This document shows, in pieces, positions 49,240-53,212 of a stretch of DNA of 53,212 bases (position 1 is its first letter; every line of letters begins with the position of its first letter). Source of the DNA: a virus. Taxonomy: Duplodnaviria; Caudoviricetes. Both the position numbers and the translations under genes were made by a program. Below the pieces are notes generated by a model. That model was not told where the DNA came from. It searched no databases and was given only the letters and a program-made list of their open reading frames with translations. The stretch spans positions 1-53,212 of IMG/VR virus record IMGVR_UViG_3300023119_000036; one strand, written 5' to 3'.

Positions 49240-50256
49240 TTGTTTAATAAAGCTGCGGTGTTTACGGACATCCATTTTGGTCTTAAAGGCAATAGTCGTG
49301 TTCATAACGAAGATTGCGAAAATTTTGTTGATTGGTTTATTCAAACTGCAAAAGAAAACAACTGTGATACTGCTATTTTCTGCGGAGACTGGCATCATAA
49401 CAGAAATAGTCTAAATCTAACTACAATGGACGCAACTATTCGTAGTTTAGAAAAACTTGGCAAGGCATTTGATAAGTTTTACATGTTTGTAGGCAATCAC
49501 GACTTGTATTACAAAGATAAACGTGAAGTAAGTTCTACAATATTTGGTAAACACATTCCAGGTGTAACTTTTGTTGATGAAATTGTTGAAACAGAAGATG
49601 TAGCACTTGTTCCTTGGCTTGTAGGCGACGAATGGAAAAAAATTCCCAAAATTAAAGCCAAATACATGTTTGGACACTTTGAATTGCCCAGCTTCTACAT
49701 GAATGCTATGGTACAAATGCCAGATCACGGTGAATTAAAGTCAGAACACTTTAAGAATCAAGAGTATGTGTTCTCAGGACACTTCCACAAGCGGCAGAAG
49801 CAGGGTAAGATCCACTACATTGGTAATGCTTTCCCGCACAACTATGCAGATGCTTGGGATGATGAACGTGGCATGATGATATTGGACCGTGAAAACGATG
49901 CAGAACCAGAGTATATCAACTGGCCAGACTGTCCAAAGTACCGTACAGTCAAGTTATCACAATTGATTGACGAGAAAGACACTCTGATCAAACCAAATAT
50001 GTACTTGAGGGTGACTCTTGACTTACCAGTTAGCTATGAAGAAGCAAATTTTCTTAAAGAGACATTTATACAACAGTATAAATGCAGAGAAATCACACTT
50101 ATACCACAAAAACAACTAGAAGAAATTACAACAGACTTAGATATTGCACAGTTTGAAAGTGTAGATCAAATTGTTGCAAGTGAAATTGTTGCACTAGACA
50201 CTGAAAGTTTTGACAAAAACTTATTATTAGACATTTATCATGGATTAGAACAATAA
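49240..50256 (+). CDS. gp47: Recombination endonuclease subunit, Mre11/SbcD-like metallophosphoesterase
   Basis: DIH, GDWHH, GNHD, GH and GHFH phosphoesterase motifs; adjacent to the Rad50-like gene. Confidence 0.93.
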   Translation: MFNKAAVFTDIHFGLKGNSRVHNEDCENFVDWFIQTAKENNCDTAIFCGDWHHNRNSLNLTTMDATIRSLEKLGKAFDKFYMFVGNHDLYYKDKREVSSTIFGKHIPGVTFVDEIVETEDVALVPWLVGDEWKKIPKIKAKYMFGHFELPSFYMNAMVQMPDHGELKSEHFKNQEYVFSGHFHKRQKQGKIHYIGNAFPHNYADAWDDERGMMILDRENDAEPEYINWPDCPKYRTVKLSQLIDEKDTLIKPNMYLRVTLDLPVSYEEANFLKETFIQQYKCREITLIPQKQLEEITTDLDIAQFESVDQIVASEIVALDTESFDKNLLLDIYHGLEQ

Positions 50257-50257
50257 T

Positions 50258-52030
50258 ATGATTCGTATTAAAGATTTAACAGTTAAGAACTTTATGAGCG
50301 TAGGAAATCAAACACAAGCTGTTGATTTTAATAACGAACGTTTAACACTTGTGCTAGGAGAAAACTTAGATCAAGGCGGAGACGACAGTGGAAGTCGTAA
50401 CGGAACAGGTAAAACGACTATTATTAACGCTCTTTCTTACGCACTGTACGGACAAGCACTTACAAACATCAAAAGAAACAATCTAATTAACAAAACAAAC
50501 TCAAAAGGAATGTTAGTTACACTACATTTTGAGAAAAATGGATTAGATTATAGAATTGAAAGAGGAAGATCTCCAAATGTTCTTAAATTTTATGTAAATG
50601 ATCAAGAACAGGAACTAGTTGACGAATCTCAAGGTGACAGTAGAAAGACTCAAGATTCTATTAATGATCTATTAGGTATGAGTCATGATATGTTTAAACA
50701 TGTTGTTGCACTTAATACGTACTCGGAACCTTTTTTAAGTATGAGAGCAAACGATCAACGTGCCATTATTGAACAATTACTAGGAATAACCCTATTAACT
50801 GAAAAAGCAGAAGCACTAAAAGAACAAACTCGTATTACAAAAGATGCAATTACACAAGAAACTCTTAAAATAGAAGCTATCCAAGCAGCTAACAGTAAAA
50901 TAGAAACAACAATTGAAAGCCTTAAGAAAAATCAAAAGGCATGGTTAGCAAAAAAGAAAACAGATACCGAAAAATTATCTAAAAATATCGAAGAACTTGA
51001 ACGTGTTGACATTGAACAAGAACTCGATAATCACGAAAAATTGCAAAACTGGCAAGAACTGAACAATGCAATTACGGCTCTTAATAAAGAAAAAAGCACA
51101 TTAGAGAGTGCACTGTTACGTGCAACTAAGTCTGTAGAAAAAGCTGAAAAAGAAATCGGAGATTTAGAAGATGCAACTTGTTATACTTGCGGACAAGAAC
51201 TTCATGCAGACAAAAAACAAGAAATTGAGTTAAGAAAAACAAAAGAATTAAACGATGCAATGGCATATCAGACAGAAGTTGCTGGCAAATTACAAGATGT
51301 GCTTAACGGTTTAGATGAAATTGGAAACATTAATGGACGTCCAAACACATTTTATGAAACAATTAAAGAAGCTTACGATCATAGACAAAACGTTGATAGT
51401 CTAAAACAGTCTCTTCTGTCAAAAGAACAAGAAGAAGATCCATACGAAACACAAATTGTAGATTTACAAGAAACCGCACTACAAGACATAAACTGGGATT
51501 CTGTAAACAAACTTACATCGTTCAAAGAACACCAAGAATTTTTGCTAAAATTACTTACAAACAAAGATTCATTTATTCGTAAGAAAATTATTGATCAAAA
51601 TCTTGCATATCTCAATAATCGTCTTACATATTATCTTGATAAACTAGGTTTACCACACCAAGTAGTTTTCCAAAACGACCTTACTGTTGAAATCACACAG
51701 CTAGGACAAGATTTAGACTTTGATAACTTATCGCGAGGCGAACGAAATAGACTAATACTTGGTTTAAGTTTTGCATTCCGCGATGTTTGGGAAAGTTTGT
51801 ATCAGCACATAAACTTATTGTTTATTGATGAGCTTATTGACTCAGGTATGGATACTGCTGGTGTTGAAAATTCACTAGCTATACTAAAGAAAATGACAAG
51901 AGAACGTGATAAAAACATTTTCTTAATTTCGCACAAAGACGAATTAGTAGGTAGAGTAAATCACGTTCTCAAAGTAATAAAGGAAAATGGATTTACAAGT
52001 TATGCTAATGACATTGACATAGTAGAATGA
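50258..52030 (+). CDS. gp46: Recombination ATPase subunit, Rad50/SbcC-like
   Basis: KNFMSVG, Walker A NGTGKT, coiled coil with CYTC zinc hook, LSRGE signature, LLFIDE Walker B, ISH. Confidence 0.95.
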   Translation: MIRIKDLTVKNFMSVGNQTQAVDFNNERLTLVLGENLDQGGDDSGSRNGTGKTTIINALSYALYGQALTNIKRNNLINKTNSKGMLVTLHFEKNGLDYRIERGRSPNVLKFYVNDQEQELVDESQGDSRKTQDSINDLLGMSHDMFKHVVALNTYSEPFLSMRANDQRAIIEQLLGITLLTEKAEALKEQTRITKDAITQETLKIEAIQAANSKIETTIESLKKNQKAWLAKKKTDTEKLSKNIEELERVDIEQELDNHEKLQNWQELNNAITALNKEKSTLESALLRATKSVEKAEKEIGDLEDATCYTCGQELHADKKQEIELRKTKELNDAMAYQTEVAGKLQDVLNGLDEIGNINGRPNTFYETIKEAYDHRQNVDSLKQSLLSKEQEEDPYETQIVDLQETALQDINWDSVNKLTSFKEHQEFLLKLLTNKDSFIRKKIIDQNLAYLNNRLTYYLDKLGLPHQVVFQNDLTVEITQLGQDLDFDNLSRGERNRLILGLSFAFRDVWESLYQHINLLFIDELIDSGMDTAGVENSLAILKKMTRERDKNIFLISHKDELVGRVNHVLKVIKENGFTSYANDIDIVE

Positions 52031-52227
52031 TAGACGACGATACACAAGATAAACTTGCAAAAGCATATTTAGAATATTTTAAAGCAAACGAAATATTTGA
52101 ACAGCGCAATTCTGTGCGAACACACAGATATGTTAGAAAGTGTCTTAGAGAAATTAGAGAACTTGCCAAACTTAGAATGGACGAGATACACGTAAAGCAC
52201 CAAACTACAAGGAAAACAAAAAATTGA
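52027..52227 (+). CDS. Small helical hypothetical protein
   Basis: 66 aa; ATGA overlap with the gp46 stop and TTGA overlap with the next gene. Confidence 0.7.
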   Translation: MIDDDTQDKLAKAYLEYFKANEIFEQRNSVRTHRYVRKCLREIRELAKLRMDEIHVKHQTTRKTKN

Positions 52228-52889
52228 TTACAAATTTTAGAAGTATGCGTCCCGAAACACCCTTTACTCCAGAATGGAATATACACCTCTGGACAACACA
52301 ATATACCAATTTAGAAAATCTAAAGATTATAAGAGATTGGATCACAACTAATGGTCCTATTATCATAGAAAAATACAAAAACGAAAATAAAAATGACGGT
52401 GGTACAGGATTAGGTGACAAAAGTTTAACAGCTACTTTTAGATACTTTGATCTTTTTTATGAAACTAGTAATATAGACGCATTTTTAGATCTAAAAAAAT
52501 TCTTAGAAAGCGAATATAGAAAATTTTGCAAAGAACTTAAAATAAAAACAGAAAAATGTTTTGTAAATTCATGGGCTAACATTGCTCACACTGGACAAAA
52601 AATAGAAAAACACAATCACGGTGCTACACATTATGCGTATCTTAGCGGAAACATGCATTTAGATAATTATGATACACAAACAATATATCATAATCCGTTT
52701 GATCATAATGTTCAATATGCAGTGCCTAATATAGAAGGCGGCATAACCTTATTTCCTAGCTATCTTTATCACAGTTCTACGACCCACAAAGAAGATAACG
52801 ACCGTGTAAGTCTAGCATTTGATATTTTAGTAGAAACTATCTCACCTAAACCAGAAGGCAGACTTTGCACAGACTTTAACAATATATAA
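52224..52889 (+). CDS. Putative 2OG-Fe(II) oxygenase
   Basis: SWANI, HNH, LSGNMHL, LFPSYLYH, RVSLAFD (HxH...H...RxS double-stranded beta-helix pattern). The start could be the ATG at 52245. Confidence 0.8.
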   Translation: MITNFRSMRPETPFTPEWNIHLWTTQYTNLENLKIIRDWITTNGPIIIEKYKNENKNDGGTGLGDKSLTATFRYFDLFYETSNIDAFLDLKKFLESEYRKFCKELKIKTEKCFVNSWANIAHTGQKIEKHNHGATHYAYLSGNMHLDNYDTQTIYHNPFDHNVQYAVPNIEGGITLFPSYLYHSSTTHKEDNDRVSLAFDILVETISPKPEGRLCTDFNNI

Positions 52890-52893
52890 GTTC

Positions 52894-53212
52894 ATGCATT
52901 GGACTTATGAAGGCAAACAAATTGATACTATACCAGATGAATACGAAGGCTTTGTTTATCTCATAACCAATCTAAAGACTGGGCAAAAGTATATAGGCAA
53001 GAAACTAGCAAAGTTTAAAACTACAAAGCCACCTTTAAAAGGCAAAAAGAACAAACGCAGAGGCTACAAAGAATCAGACTGGCGTGACTATTGGGGATCA
53101 TCTGATAGACTCAACGCTGATGTTGAAGCACTAGGCCCAGAAAACTTCACAAGAGAAATTCTATACCTATGCAAAGGCAGGGGCGAAATGTCCTACATAG
53201 AGGCAAGAGAGC
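52894..53212 (+). CDS. GIY-YIG nuclease-family protein (partial, runs off window end)
   Basis: Not in the ORF track; hand translation MHWTYEGKQIDTIPDEYEGFVYLITNLKTGQKYIGKK...ESDWRDYWGSS...ENFTREIL...IEARE. Confidence 0.85.
   Translation, partial: MHWTYEGKQIDTIPDEYEGFVYLITNLKTGQKYIGKKLAKFKTTKPPLKGKKNKRRGYKESDWRDYWGSSDRLNADVEALGPENFTREILYLCKGRGEMSYIEARE

Noticed and set aside
1277-52226. Frequent TTG start codons (1279, 4556, 7660, 10225, 49240, 52224)
   Set aside because: Plausibly expression tuning, but several starts are uncertain and no pattern beyond ordinary phage usage can be shown.
354-52420. Numerous short ORFs in the track that lie antisense to, or out of frame within, long genes (e.g. 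14965..15492, 18598..19065, 24707..25201, 46304..46720)
   Set aside because: They are shadows of well-supported genes, with no recognisable motifs or clear RBS.
1-53212. Stop-codon reassignment, as seen in some jumbo phages
   Set aside because: Coding density is near complete in the standard code, and TAA, TAG (4567, 5485, 49183) and TGA (52030, 52227) all end genes at sensible boundaries.
1-53212. CRISPR array, tRNA or other structured RNA genes
   Set aside because: Intergenic gaps are all under about 80 bp, and no regularly spaced repeats or cloverleaf motifs were seen.
52894-53212. GIY-YIG gene as an intron-encoded or mobile homing endonuclease
   Set aside because: It is free-standing, does not interrupt a gene and is truncated by the window, so mobility cannot be supported.

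Overview
AT-rich segment of a large T4-like (probably jumbo) myophage genome in the standard genetic code. Most of the window (8921-48263, minus strand) is a tightly packed tail/baseplate morphogenesis block: tube initiator, gp53-like LysM protein, hub, lytic transglycosylase, gp5/VgrG-like spike with an M15 peptidase, gp25, gp6, a 5116-aa baseplate protein, three paralogous fibre genes and two paralogous virion proteins. These genes are punctuated by TAAATAC late-promoter-like motifs. Directly downstream, behind its own sigma70-type promoter, lies a co-oriented enzyme cluster (1-8850): four putative glycosyltransferases, an SGNH hydrolase, a protein with carbohydrate-binding-like repeats and two paralogous radical SAM enzymes with an N-terminal Twitch/SPASM-like domain. 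This cluster is a candidate phage-encoded glycan synthesis and tailoring system. On the plus strand (48341 to end) are a gp55-like late sigma factor, gp47/gp46 (Mre11/Rad50-like), a 2OG-Fe(II) oxygenase and a partial GIY-YIG gene. The other notable observations are a ~120-aa DUF4214-like module inserted at two unrelated sites in adjacent virion proteins, and a back-to-back late-promoter/sigma70-promoter junction in front of the late sigma gene. All family calls come from motif recognition by eye; no searches were run.
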